From: Acidimicrobiia bacterium UBA2766
GTDB taxonomy: Bacteria > Actinomycetota > Acidimicrobiia > UBA2766
Assembly: GCA_002352645.1 (NCBI GenBank)
Contig: DEIU01000039.1
Location: 67,656-131,655 of the forward strand
Length of the DNA: 64,000 nt
Reading direction: 5' to 3'
This document shows positions 20,888 through 31,415 of the stretch, piece by piece. Under the pieces are notes generated by a model. It worked only from the letters and a program-made list of their open reading frames with translations. It had not been told where the DNA came from and did no database searches. A program made the position numbers and the translations under genes. Numbering within the stretch: position 1 is the first letter of the stretch; each line of letters begins with the position of its first letter.

Positions 20888-20920
20888 ATCCTGTTTTTGG
20901 AGCAGCTCCAAAAACAGGAT
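20888..20920. terminator. Perfect 16-bp inverted repeat between convergent leuA and LLM genes
   Basis: ATCCTGTTTTTGGAGC-A-GCTCCAAAAACAGGAT, flanked by AGGGGC/GCCCCT. Confidence 0.65.
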
Positions 20921-21076
20921 CTGCCCCTTTTGCATTCTCGCAGTTTTCGCTGGATGTGCAAGCAGCTTTTGCCTTTTCTGCGTGCAGGCCGCAAAGGGGA
21001 GGACGCGGGGCTTTGCGCCGGCTTGTGGCAGGCCCCGATAGCGTCCCCGCAAAGTCTTTGCAAAGCGAAGCGGGGA

Positions 21077-22267
21077 CTAGTCCATCCAGTTTGGCATGAT
21101 TTCTGTTGCCCATAGCTCGAGGTTTCGCATCATGGCTTCATGCGGAATGGGACCTGCGTATTGCCACATCAAGAAGTATTCAGGGTTGTGCTTTTCCACC
21201 ATTTCTTGCATCATGGCGTTGACTTCATCGGGGTTTCCCACGAACTCCATACCCCGGTCGACAAGAAATTTGTAGTCGCATTCCGCAGGAACGGGTCCGG
21301 TCTCTCCTGCGCGGCGCATGGCCTCGTTGAAACCAATGGGCGCAAACCATTTTGGCCACACGAAACCATTGCCATTGGCCGCGTGATAGTGGGCTTCCGC
21401 GGAATCGCGTAGGACCATACAGTCCCGGAAGATCCCGATATTCTGGCCGTAGTCGTAGGTTCTTCCGGCTTCGGATGCCGCTTCTTGGTAGGTGTGGAAG
21501 AGTTTTGTCAGTGACTCGCTGTCCGTTGTCAGGGCGATGGGAGCAATTCCCTCACGCGCGCAGAAGCGAAAGGTCTCTTCGCTGAAAGAGAAGGGCTGAA
21601 AAATCGGAGGATGTGGCTTTTGGTAGGGCTTGGGAGCAATACCAATCTCTTTAATAATGCCCTCTTCGTTTTGGCCAGTTCCGAATTCCTGCACCGCGTC
21701 ATGGTCAAAAAGCAGGTCTGCGGGGGGAATCGACCAGTGTTCCGACTCATGAGAAAAAGTCGTGGAAGTGAGAGCTTTTTTCAGAATCTCATAGTGTTCT
21801 GTGAAAAGGTCGCGGTTTTTCTGGTCCACCTGCGACTTGTCGGACATGGTGCCGCCAACCCCGTAGCCTTGTCCCAAAACGTCTGCCCAGCGTTTCTGGT
21901 AACCCCGCGCGAGCCCGATGAAGGTACGGCCTTGTAGCATCTGGTCGAGCATTGCGAGGTCTTCTGCGAGCCGGATCGGGTTGTGGAAAGGCAGTACATT
22001 TGCCATTTGTCCAATGCGAATGCGTTTTGTGCCGAGCCCCGCGTAGAGGCCGAGCAGGATCGGGTTATTCGACTCTTCGAACCCTTCAATGTGAAAGTGG
22101 TGCTCTGTAAAAGCGGCACCCCAAAACCCCAGGTCATCGGCAGCGCGTATCTGCTCTTTCAGTTGCCAGAGCATGGTTTGATAGTTCTGTGTACTACAGC
22201 CTGCCATGCCGCGACGTGTTTGGGATACCGTGCCAACTGACGGGAGATAGAACAGGACGAATTTCAT
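21077..22267 (-). CDS. Luciferase-like (LLM class) flavin-dependent monooxygenase
   Basis: ADDLGFWGAAFTEHHF, PIRLAEDLAMLDQM, GLARGYQ, PKPYQKPHPPI. Confidence 0.9.
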   Translation of the reverse strand: MKFVLFYLPSVGTVSQTRRGMAGCSTQNYQTMLWQLKEQIRAADDLGFWGAAFTEHHFHIEGFEESNNPILLGLYAGLGTKRIRIGQMANVLPFHNPIRLAEDLAMLDQMLQGRTFIGLARGYQKRWADVLGQGYGVGGTMSDKSQVDQKNRDLFTEHYEILKKALTSTTFSHESEHWSIPPADLLFDHDAVQEFGTGQNEEGIIKEIGIAPKPYQKPHPPIFQPFSFSEETFRFCAREGIAPIALTTDSESLTKLFHTYQEAASEAGRTYDYGQNIGIFRDCMVLRDSAEAHYHAANGNGFVWPKWFAPIGFNEAMRRAGETGPVPAECDYKFLVDRGMEFVGNPDEVNAMMQEMVEKHNPEYFLMWQYAGPIPHEAMMRNLELWATEIMPNWMD

Positions 22268-22440
22268 GTGTTGTCTCTCTTCGCTGGAATGATGTGAACG
22301 CTTGCCGGGGTTTGAGGGGAAATATCTGTAGTCAGATATTTTTCAAGCCTGGGGGAAAAGCGCGCGTGGGAAGGGCAAGGGGAGCGGGATCCCAGGGGGC
22401 GTGACACGAGAAGTGATCGAAATGACATGCTGGGTGCTGT

Positions 22441-23271
22441 TCAGGTGTAGGGGTTGTGGGCGCGCAGGGTTTTTTCGTCTTGCAGCACAGCGCCCTTTTC
22501 ATGACAGATCCTGTGGTCATGGCCGGGGATCACGGTGGCAGTGTGCGCCCGTGCCAGCATTTTGAGTTTGCGCAGCGAACGTTGCCACTGCTGCAAATCG
22601 GCAGAGATGATCGACCCTATTTCGTCGTGATAGCTCTCCTGCAAATAGCAGGCGTCAGAGGTGAGCATGACGGTGCCGCAGTGTTCAAGATGCAGCATGA
22701 GTGCCATGGTGCCTGCCGTGTGGCCTGGAGCTGACACTGCGTGTACGTCTTTTAGGATCTCGGTGTCGCCGGAGAGGGTGGTGAAACGAGCCCCGGGGAT
22801 GTCGTAGTCCGCGCGCAAGAAGAAATCGCCATCTTCTTCCCGGTTTGCTGCCGCCGTGTACTCGTCGTCGTGCACCAGAATTGTGTTGTCCGCGTGAGTG
22901 AAAAGACGGGCGTTTCCTGCGTGGTCCACATGAAGATGACTCAAAAAAACATAGTCGATGTCTTCTGGGCCAAGCCCGTGGGCTTTGAGCTTGTTCTCAA
23001 ATAGCTGTTCTTCGGTGTAGTTGTCGTAGGGGGCGAGCTCTTTGTATTCGGTAAGCCACTCGGTTTCCCAATCCCTGCTGATGGAAGCGTCAAAGAGCAG
23101 GCGTCCATCGGGATGGTCAATCAGATACGTGAAAGAAGGAGTTTCGCACCAGACCTTGTTCTTCTTCATGTTGGAACGAGTTAGTGTGAGATCGGGATGT
23201 CCGGTGAGTAGAAGCTCCTTGTCTACGTGCATATTGCCGTGAAAAAGAGCAGTGAGAGTGATGCCACGCAT
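22441..23271 (-). CDS. Metallo-beta-lactamase-fold lactonase (AHL-lactonase/AiiA-like family)
   Basis: YLIDHPDGRLLFDAS, SHLHVDHAGN (HxHxDH), PGHTAG, SDA, IPGHD. Confidence 0.88.
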   Translation of the reverse strand: MRGITLTALFHGNMHVDKELLLTGHPDLTLTRSNMKKNKVWCETPSFTYLIDHPDGRLLFDASISRDWETEWLTEYKELAPYDNYTEEQLFENKLKAHGLGPEDIDYVFLSHLHVDHAGNARLFTHADNTILVHDDEYTAAANREEDGDFFLRADYDIPGARFTTLSGDTEILKDVHAVSAPGHTAGTMALMLHLEHCGTVMLTSDACYLQESYHDEIGSIISADLQQWQRSLRKLKMLARAHTATVIPGHDHRICHEKGAVLQDEKTLRAHNPYT

Positions 23272-23644
23272 GTGAGATATCTCCTGAAAGTTGGGGCGAA
23301 AAAGTCAGGCCTGAAAAGAAACTGCAGAAAGAAGCTGCAGAGAAAGGTGGCGCAGGGCTGTCGTCATGGGTTGGGTGTAATGGGCTGGTCGTAATGGGCG
23401 CGAGGACAGGGGGCGCGCAAAACGGGAAGAACAAAAGGGTGGGGTGAGGAGATGGGCGTGTGGGAAACACTGTGTTTGGAGATGAGAGAAAAAGCAAGGA
23501 AGCAGGAAAGAGGCGTCTTATGGCGGCACGAGGCAGTTTTCTGCTGCAGTGGCTGAGAGCGGCGCAGGCCCCGAAGGAGAAGATGGCCATTGAACAACAA
23601 AAGAATGGCGCCATTGTCTGACATTACTCTCTTTCTTGTTTTGC

Positions 23645-23718
23645 GGGCGAATGACAGGAGGAAGAAGGAAACAGTGCGGTGGGGCGAATGACAGGAGGAA
23701 GAAGGAAACAGTGCGGTG
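23645..23718. repeat. Perfect tandem duplication of a 37-bp unit
   Basis: GGGCGAATGACAGGAGGAAGAAGGAAACAGTGCGGTG at 23645-23681 and 23682-23718. Confidence 0.95.
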
Positions 23719-24023
23719 AGGGAAAACGCGTGAAAAAAGTTTTTCTCGTTTTCTGGTGTTTTGCCGTCAAGATTCTTGGGAGAGGACAAGCTCGCGCTTG
23801 GCACTTTCGCGCCAGAGGAGCGAAAGTTCCAGGGAATCTTTTGGCGAGTTTGGAACGAGATGCCGAAAGAGCTGTGCCGATCCTTTGACGGAATGAGAGA
23901 ACGGCGGAACGCCAAAATGGGTGCAGCGTTGCGCTGAAGGCTGTCAGCGCAATAGTGACTCTGTCAGGATTGCCAGAACTACGCAGCATTTGTGTGGTTG
24001 ACATGTGCGAGAAAAGGAAACAC

Positions 24024-24803
24024 ATGACAGTTAATGGAGGGCTTACGGGACGGGTCGCGTTGGTGACAGGCGGAGGTCGCGGGATTGGGCGGGCAATTTC
24101 GCTTGGTCTTGCTGCAGATGGGGCCGACGTCGCGGTGAATTACGCACGGGACGAAGAGTCTGCATTAAAGACAGTGACCGAGATCGAACAGATAGGACGG
24201 CGGGCTCGCGCGTATCAGGCGTCGGTGGATTCCTGGGAAGAATGTCAACACCTTGTGTCCGAGGTTCTCTCGGACTTTGGGCAAATTGGCATTTTTGTGA
24301 ATAATGCCGGTATCGCCAGTCGGGGGAAAACGGTGGTACACACTGACCCCGAAGAGTTCGAGCGTGTGATGCGTATCCACGCCTTTGCTCCCCACTATCT
24401 TGCAAAACTTATTCTCCCGGACATGCGTGAGCAGGAACGCGGCGATATTGTGGTTATTTCAAGCGTGGCGACCTTGCAGAATGCCGCGGGTGGTGCTCCG
24501 TACAATATGGGCAAGGCCGCCTTGGACGCGCTGGCAATCACGCTCGCAAACGAGGAGAGGAAAAACAATATCCACGTGAATATTGTGGCACCGGGTCTTG
24601 TGGATACGGAGATGGGTCGCCGGCTTGTGAAAGGGGCAGCCGGGGTGGATGACATTACGAAACTGAACCCCATGATGCCGTTTGGGCGAGTGTGTCAGCC
24701 CGAAGACGTGGCGAATGTCGTGCGCTTTTTGGTTTCAGAACGCGCGGGCTATCTCACGGGAGAGCGTTTGAATGTGCACGGGGGCGGCGGCGGCTTCGGC
24801 TGA
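24024..24803 (+). CDS. Short-chain dehydrogenase/reductase (SDR)
   Basis: TGGGRGIG, NNAGI, S...YNMGK (YxxxK), PGLVDTEM; start ATG 24024. Confidence 0.93.
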   Translation: MTVNGGLTGRVALVTGGGRGIGRAISLGLAADGADVAVNYARDEESALKTVTEIEQIGRRARAYQASVDSWEECQHLVSEVLSDFGQIGIFVNNAGIASRGKTVVHTDPEEFERVMRIHAFAPHYLAKLILPDMREQERGDIVVISSVATLQNAAGGAPYNMGKAALDALAITLANEERKNNIHVNIVAPGLVDTEMGRRLVKGAAGVDDITKLNPMMPFGRVCQPEDVANVVRFLVSERAGYLTGERLNVHGGGGGFG

Positions 24804-24868
24804 GTCGGGCAGGTAGAGCAGTCTGTGTAGAGTTTTCTTGGCGAAAAAGCACTACAGTGATAGGTGAA

Positions 24869-25855
24869 ATGGGAAAGCGTAAAGTGAATGATCCCTGCTG
24901 GTGCGGCAGTGGTACAAAATATAAAAAGTGTCATATGTCGCTTGACATGGATATTGAGCGGGAACGTTCTCTCCCTATTGATGAGCGTGTGGCGAAGACA
25001 GTCGTACGTGGTGAAGTCACTCCGATGCGGTCGGTGCCGCATGATATAGACCGGCCTTCTTATGCGGAGACGGGCGTTCCTGCGGACAGTAAGCCGTCGC
25101 TTGTGAAAACTCCGGACGAGATTGAGCGTATGCGCTATGCGGGCAAAGTCGCGCGAGTCGTGCTTGATACTGTAGGGGCTGCGGTGGCTCCCGGTGTCAC
25201 GACCGAAGAGCTCGACAAGCTTGCGCATGAGACATATATCGCGAATGGTGCATACCCCAGTACTCTGAACTATCACGGATTTACCAAGACGATTTGCACA
25301 TCAGTCAATGAAGTGATCGTGCACGGCATTCCCGACAGTAGGCCTTTGCAAGAAGGCGACATTGTGAGCTGTGATATCACGGCTTTTGTCGAAGGAGTGC
25401 ATGGGGATTGTTGTGCGACTTTTCCCGTGGGAGCAATAGACGATCCATCTGCGCGTCTTATTGCCGTGACGTATGAGTGTTTGCGTTTGGGTATTGAGGC
25501 AGTGCGGCCTGCTGCCCGGATGCGAGATATCGGGAAAGCAATCCAGCCGTACGCGGAGAAGTTTGGTTTTGGGGTTGTTCGGCAGTTTGTCGGGCATGGG
25601 ATCGGGACAGTTTTCCACATGGAACCCCAGGTTCCGCACTATTACGACAAGAGCGCGACTCTGGAAATGCTTCCGGGAATAACTTTTACGATAGAGCCCA
25701 TGATCACAATGGGAGATTATCGTTCCAATATTTGGGATGATGATTGGACGGCTGTCACTGTTGACTTGCAGCGCGCTGCCCAGTTTGAGCACACCTGTCT
25801 TGTGACCGAAACCGGAGTTGAGGTGCTCACGAAGGGCGCACACGAGGATTTCTGA
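24869..25855 (+). CDS. map: Type I methionine aminopeptidase with N-terminal SEC-C zinc motif
   Basis: NDPCWCGSGTKYKKCH; CTSVNEVIVHGIPD, DIT...HGD, GHGIG..FH..P, FTIEPMI, AQFEHT. Confidence 0.95.
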   Translation: MGKRKVNDPCWCGSGTKYKKCHMSLDMDIERERSLPIDERVAKTVVRGEVTPMRSVPHDIDRPSYAETGVPADSKPSLVKTPDEIERMRYAGKVARVVLDTVGAAVAPGVTTEELDKLAHETYIANGAYPSTLNYHGFTKTICTSVNEVIVHGIPDSRPLQEGDIVSCDITAFVEGVHGDCCATFPVGAIDDPSARLIAVTYECLRLGIEAVRPAARMRDIGKAIQPYAEKFGFGVVRQFVGHGIGTVFHMEPQVPHYYDKSATLEMLPGITFTIEPMITMGDYRSNIWDDDWTAVTVDLQRAAQFEHTCLVTETGVEVLTKGAHEDF

Positions 25856-26192
25856 GCAGATTTCTCTGGGGGACTGTTTTTTTGTCGTTGGTTGGTTTTG
25901 TTGCGGCGCCCTGGAGAAGTCTAAAAAAGCAGGTTTGTTGGGGGCAGCTCCAAGCGGTTTTTTGTCGTATCCTCAGAGACCTGAGCGCATGGCGCGTCCC
26001 AGAGGGACTGCGGGGGCTGCGGCTTTTTTGTGTGCCGGATGCCGAGTTTTCCCGGATGCGCACACCGGTCTTTGCCTGAAGTCCTTTGGTGATTTTTTCT
26101 CGGTCTTCTAGCCTTTGGAAGCCTCTGATCGTTCTTGGTTGGCGCCCGCTACCGGTTTTCGCGTTGCGCCCCGTTTTTTCAAGGAGTTGCAC

Positions 26193-27221
26193 GTGCGGAT
26201 GGGTTTGATTCCGGGTGACGGGGTGGGGATCGAGGTTATGGCGGAGGTGCGCAAAGTTCTCGAAGCCACGGGGCTTTCTGTCGACCTGACAGAGTACGAT
26301 CTGGGCGGCGCGCGCTATCTGTCGACAGGAGAAGTGTTGCCGGACACAGTTTTTCATGAGCTGTCCCAGTGTGATGCCGTCCTGCTTGGCGCGGTGGGGC
26401 ATCCGGATGTGCCGCCTGGTGTGCTCGAACGGGGGATTTTGCTACGTCTGCGTTTCGAGCTTGATCTTGCGGTGAACTTGCGTCCTGTGAAGTTGTTTCC
26501 CGGTGTGGAGACCGTGTTGGCAGGACAAACGTCGCAGACCATCGATTTTCGCGTGGTACGCGAAAATACGGAGGGGTTGTATGTGGGATCGGGCGGAACG
26601 ATTCGGACCGGTTCTCCTGATGAGATTGCCTTGCAGGAGTCGATAAATACCCGTTTGGGTGTGGAACGCTGTATCCGTTTTGGATTTGAGACGGCCTGTG
26701 CGCATGGGGAGAACCCTGAGCTGATGTTGGTGCACAAGACGAATGTTCTGACGCACGCGGGTGGGCTGTGGCAGCGTGTTTTTGATGAGGTCGCTGCTGA
26801 GTATCCGAATGTGGGCGTGTCGTATGGCCATGTTGACGCGGTGTGTTTGTGGATGGTGGCGGATCCTGGGCGGTTTCACACTATCGTAACGGATAATCTT
26901 TTTGGCGATATCATCACAGACCTTGGTGCCGGTATTGCCGGTGGGCTTGGTTATGCTGCGAGCGGAAATCTGAGTTTGCAGCCGGGTGTTCCCTCGGTTT
27001 TTGAGCCGGTGCATGGTTCAGCCCCAGATATTGCAGGCCAGGGGAAAGCAAATCCGGTTGCTGCGATTTTGTCCCTGTGGATGGCGTTGACGGAACTTGC
27101 AGAGACAGAGGCTGCTGATCGGGTGTTGCGGGCGGTCGAAACAGTCGCTCCTGACACCGTCAAGGTAGGGACTGCTTTGTCGACTTCTGAAGTAGGGGAT
27201 ATGATTGCAGGGGTTATATAA
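26193..27221 (+). CDS. leuB: 3-isopropylmalate dehydrogenase (actinobacterial type)
   Basis: IPGDGVGIEV, ERGILLRLRF, NLRP, RENTEG, HKTNVL, DNLFGDIITD, EPVHGSAPDIAG; AAGGAG RBS. Confidence 0.95.
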   Translation: MRMGLIPGDGVGIEVMAEVRKVLEATGLSVDLTEYDLGGARYLSTGEVLPDTVFHELSQCDAVLLGAVGHPDVPPGVLERGILLRLRFELDLAVNLRPVKLFPGVETVLAGQTSQTIDFRVVRENTEGLYVGSGGTIRTGSPDEIALQESINTRLGVERCIRFGFETACAHGENPELMLVHKTNVLTHAGGLWQRVFDEVAAEYPNVGVSYGHVDAVCLWMVADPGRFHTIVTDNLFGDIITDLGAGIAGGLGYAASGNLSLQPGVPSVFEPVHGSAPDIAGQGKANPVAAILSLWMALTELAETEAADRVLRAVETVAPDTVKVGTALSTSEVGDMIAGVI

Positions 27222-27530
27222 CACTTGGAGTGTAAATATATCTGGCTTGGGTCGTGGCGTGGTGGGCGCAAAAGTAAGGTTGCGAGGGCTCCGTGAAGCC
27301 TGAAGGTGTTTTTTGCAGGAGTGTGCGGGAGAATCTTTTTCTCGGGTCTCTTGCGCGTGTCGCGCGGTCTTTGGGGAGAAAACCTTTTTCTGGAGCGTTT
27401 GTTGTGCATTGCGATGGGCTTTCTCCGAGAAAAGGTAGTCGCAGCGAAAAAGCGCGCGTCTTGTCGAGATTTCTGTGGGCTTTCTGCCAGAGGTAGAGGC
27501 TGCGGCAAAAAATTTGCAAGGGAGATCGTA

Positions 27531-28442
27531 GTGGACACTGTTGACTATATATGGATGAAAGGCGAGTTTGTTCGGTGGGAGGACGCCAAAATTCATGTGC
27601 TCACGCATGGTTTGCACTATGGATATGGAGTGTTTGAGGGTATCCGTGCATATGAAACGACTGATGGACGCTGTGCTGTCTTTCGACTTACCGACCATAT
27701 GCGGCGTTTGGAGCGTTCTGCCAAGATCTATCTCATGCCAATGGCGTATACGGCGGAAGAACTCGCTGAGGCGACGAAAGAGCTTATCCGGCGCAATAAG
27801 ATAACCTCTTGTTATATTCGTCCTATTGTGTACAGTGGTGAAGGGAACATGGGGCTGAATCCTATTGGCATGGACTGTGATACCGCCATCGCCGTGTGGG
27901 GATGGGGCGCGTATCTCGGGGATGAGGGCATCGCAAACGGTGTGCGCGTCAAGATATCTTCCTGGCGCCGTTTCGATCATAATGCGATTCCTCCCGCGGC
28001 AAAGGCCTGCGGGAACTATCTCAACTCGATTATGTCGAAGATGGAGGCAGTGCACTCCGGCTACGAAGAAGCCATCATGCTGAATCCCGAAGGCTATGTC
28101 TGCGATGGCTCCGGCGAGAATGTGTTTGTCATCAATAACGGCGTTATGCGCACGCCCCCATTTTCGAGTGGCCCGCTCGAAGGCATTACCCGGGACACAG
28201 CCGTGACCATCGCGCGCGACCTTGGCATCGAAGTGCGGGAAGAAGATCTTGTGCGGACAGATCTTTACAACTGCGATGAAGCCTTTTTCACTGGGACTGC
28301 TGCAGAAATCGTGCCGATTCGTTCAGTGGACGATCGCGAAATCGGGGACCCGGGTCCTGTGACCTGCAAGATCCAAGAGACTTTCTTTTCTGTGATTAAA
28401 GGCGAAGTCGACGAGTACAGGCAATGGCTTGAGTACGTATAA
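27531..28442 (+). CDS. ilvE: Branched-chain amino acid aminotransferase
   Basis: LHYGYGVFEGIRAY, YIRP, AKACGNY (PLP lysine), GENVF, LEGITR, EAFFTGTAAE. Confidence 0.96.
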   Translation: MDTVDYIWMKGEFVRWEDAKIHVLTHGLHYGYGVFEGIRAYETTDGRCAVFRLTDHMRRLERSAKIYLMPMAYTAEELAEATKELIRRNKITSCYIRPIVYSGEGNMGLNPIGMDCDTAIAVWGWGAYLGDEGIANGVRVKISSWRRFDHNAIPPAAKACGNYLNSIMSKMEAVHSGYEEAIMLNPEGYVCDGSGENVFVINNGVMRTPPFSSGPLEGITRDTAVTIARDLGIEVREEDLVRTDLYNCDEAFFTGTAAEIVPIRSVDDREIGDPGPVTCKIQETFFSVIKGEVDEYRQWLEYV

Positions 28443-28753
28443 TTCTCGTTTATTTATGTGATTGTTCCTCTTGCGAACTTTTCCTGTTCCTCTTGCGCGT
28501 GACTCGATCGCGCAAAGAAACTTTCTCAGGCTGTTGGCGTGAGAAAAAGAACGCGTTGTTGCCCGGTCATTTTTCCAAAAGGGCTGATGGAGAGGTCGAA
28601 TAAAAGGACAAGAGGAAGAGGGAAAGAGGCTGTCCGAGGACCGTTTTTTCGTTGACTGTGCGTAGGTGCCCCCTAGTACGCTAAGTCTCCGGGCACCGCA
28701 GGTGCCTTTCTCGGTCTTGGCCGGGAAGCGAATTGAAGCGAAAGTTGCATCTC

Positions 28754-30394
28754 ATGACTGAGCGAGAAGCGTTGACCTTGCGTCCGGGACCTCACTTGCC
28801 TGAGTCTATTGAGATTTTCGACACAACCTTGCGAGACGGCACACAGCGTGAAGGTCTTTCGCTTAGCTTGCACGACAAATTTCGTATTGCGCGCAAACTC
28901 GACGAGCTTGGTGTGCACTACATCGAGGGCGGATGGCCGGGAGCAAACCCAAAAGACGACGAGTTTTTTCGTACTGCATCCCAGGAGCTGCAACTTGAAA
29001 CTTCGCAGCTCGTCGCGTTTGGCTCAACGCGACGAGCCGGGAAATCTCCCGAAGATGATCCTGTGCTTGCGAATCTCCTCCAGGCCAATACCCGATATGT
29101 CTGCATTGTGGGGAAGGCATGGGACTATCACGTGACCGAGGCATTGCGCACCACGCTTGATGAAGGTCTCAAGATGGTTGCCGATTCTGTGCGCTACCTA
29201 CGAGAACAAGGGAAATCCGTTTTTCTTGATGCCGAGCACTTCTTCGACGGCTGGAAATACAATCGTTCTTATGCACTTGAAGTGCTCACGGTTGCCGAAG
29301 AAGCCGGAGTGGAGTGCCTTGTGCTCTGCGATACAAATGGTGGGACCTTGCCATTTGAAGTCGCCCATATCGTAGATGACGTGCGTTCTCGTACTACTGT
29401 GCGCATCGGCGTGCACTTCCATAATGACGCTGATTGCGCGGTCGCGAACGCCCTTATTGCGGTGCAGTATGGGGCGGAACATGTGCAGGGCTGCATAAAC
29501 GGAATTGGAGAGCGCACAGGTAACGTCAATCTCAGCTCCATTATTCCTTCTCTTGCAATCAAACTCGGCGTGAAGTGCCTTGACCCCGACCAGCTCGCAA
29601 AGATTACTTCGGTGAGTCATGCAATTGCCGAAATCGCCAACATCACGCTTGATTCCCAGAAACCCTATGTGGGAGCGTCGGCCTTCGCGCACAAGGCCGG
29701 CTTGCACGCCTCGGCGTTGGTCCGTCGCCCGGACGCGTATGAGCATGTAAACCCTGGTCTCGTGGGCAACAGCACCCGCATGCTGATCTCAGAGCTTGCA
29801 GGCAGTGCGACTGTGGTCATGAAGGCAGAAGAGATGGGGATCGACCTGCATGGTGACAAACATCTGGCAAAAGAGATCCTGGACGAAGTAAAAAGGCTCG
29901 AACATCTCGGCTATCAGTTTGAGGCAGCTGATGGTTCTTTCGAATTGCTGGTGCGCGGTGCCACGGGATGGCAGCAGAAATTTTTTGAGCTCGAATCTTT
30001 CCGTCTCATTATGGAGAAGCGACAGGACGGGCAGACCATGACAGAGGCCACGGTCAAAGTGCTTTCCGGTGGAGATCGCCATATTGCGACTGCCGAGGGA
30101 AATGGTCCGGTGAACGCCTTGGACAATGCCCTGCGCCAGTGTATTGAACAGCATTATCCTGAGCTCGGTGATCTGCATCTTACGGACTACAAAGTGCGCG
30201 TCTTGGACGCGGCAAAGGCGACAGAGGCTGTGACGCGTGTGCTTATCGACACCACAGATGGTCTGACAGAGTGGAGCACCATCGGTGTGTCGGAAAACAT
30301 TATTGAAGCGTCCTGGCGGGCCTTGACGGATTCGATTGTGGTCGGCCTGCTACGTGCGCAAAAGCGCAACGAAAGCGCGACCAAGGCACAGTAA
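28754..30394 (+). CDS. cimA: Citramalate synthase
   Basis: DTTLRDGTQREG, EGGWPGANPKD, AFGST, DAEHFFDG, LCDTNGG, PYVGASAFAHKAGLH, GNGPVNALD, DYKVR. Confidence 0.92.
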   Translation: MTEREALTLRPGPHLPESIEIFDTTLRDGTQREGLSLSLHDKFRIARKLDELGVHYIEGGWPGANPKDDEFFRTASQELQLETSQLVAFGSTRRAGKSPEDDPVLANLLQANTRYVCIVGKAWDYHVTEALRTTLDEGLKMVADSVRYLREQGKSVFLDAEHFFDGWKYNRSYALEVLTVAEEAGVECLVLCDTNGGTLPFEVAHIVDDVRSRTTVRIGVHFHNDADCAVANALIAVQYGAEHVQGCINGIGERTGNVNLSSIIPSLAIKLGVKCLDPDQLAKITSVSHAIAEIANITLDSQKPYVGASAFAHKAGLHASALVRRPDAYEHVNPGLVGNSTRMLISELAGSATVVMKAEEMGIDLHGDKHLAKEILDEVKRLEHLGYQFEAADGSFELLVRGATGWQQKFFELESFRLIMEKRQDGQTMTEATVKVLSGGDRHIATAEGNGPVNALDNALRQCIEQHYPELGDLHLTDYKVRVLDAAKATEAVTRVLIDTTDGLTEWSTIGVSENIIEASWRALTDSIVVGLLRAQKRNESATKAQ

Positions 30395-30764
30395 AACGCT
30401 CGTGCGAGGCCTGGGGAACAGGAAACCGGCAAAGCTCTAGGGTTTTTTCTCCTTGGTCTGGTTGGCTTGGTTTTTTGAGGCTTGTTTTTTCCACGTGCTG
30501 GAATGCTGTTTCGCGCGCAGTTTCTGGGCTTGCGAGAAGATGCGGTGAGGTCTTTTGCCGCAGTTGGACTTTGCCTTGCCCCTGGAAAAAACCTTTTTTT
30601 GCCCGGTGTTTTTTCCTTGGGTTGCGGAGTGTCCTTGGGATTGTCTTCCGTCTCTCGTCCTCGCTCCGTACAATGGGCACAGAATATTGTTTGTTCCGGT
30701 CAGTCATTGTGATGTGCTTTTTCAGGGCTGCGTCCTGGGCTGTTATCTCACAGGAGTGCAACAG

Positions 30765-31280
30765 GTGTCTACGAAACCACATGTTTCCCCGGAGCGCGAC
30801 ACTCGCTACCAAAAGACTTCTCTTCCTGCGCCTCGGCGCTGGAATGGGGCCCGTCCCGGAGAGGTGTACGCTGATCCAAGCGCTGTGATGTTTGGCACTC
30901 CCGGTCCTGACCAGGGATATGTGGCTAGGCTGCTTCCGTGTATTGTGGGACAGCTGATTCTCCCGAGCGGGATGGAGCAGCGGGACGCATCCCAGGCCGG
31001 CATCTCGCTTGCCTGCCGGCGGGCATCTCTTTTTGGTCGGGCACCAATGCTCGAGGATCTCGAAGTTGCGTTTCTTTTGCTTGGGCTGATGGGAGAGACG
31101 CCTGGGGACTGGTCGACGCTTGCTCCGGTGATTGCCGCGGCGGTCGATGGCGCCCGTTATACACCCACACAAACAGAACACTTCGCGCGAGCTGTGCTCT
31201 CTGAATGGCTCTGTTTGAGCCCGGAAAACCTGCGGCAACAACTTGCAACGGTCGGGCCGGCCTCTGCTTTTTCTCTCTGA
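30765..31280 (+). CDS. Hypothetical protein
   Basis: AGGAG RBS before GTG 30765; protein-like motifs RPGE, GTPGPDQGY, RRASLFGRAP; function not recognisable. Confidence 0.65.
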   Translation: MSTKPHVSPERDTRYQKTSLPAPRRWNGARPGEVYADPSAVMFGTPGPDQGYVARLLPCIVGQLILPSGMEQRDASQAGISLACRRASLFGRAPMLEDLEVAFLLLGLMGETPGDWSTLAPVIAAAVDGARYTPTQTEHFARAVLSEWLCLSPENLRQQLATVGPASAFSL

Positions 31281-31415
31281 GACAACTTGCCAGAGAAAGC
31301 TTGATCGAGCAAAGAGGCAAAATGGCCTGGTCTGGTCTACGGGAAGTGTGCATCCGGGGAGCACCGCCCATTTTCCGAGGAGATCGTTGGGAATGCTGTC
31401 GTGCGTGTTGCTGTT

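Noticed and set aside
23645..23718. 37-bp direct repeat as a CRISPR array
   Set aside because: Copies are directly adjacent with no spacer and no internal palindrome; a simple tandem duplication
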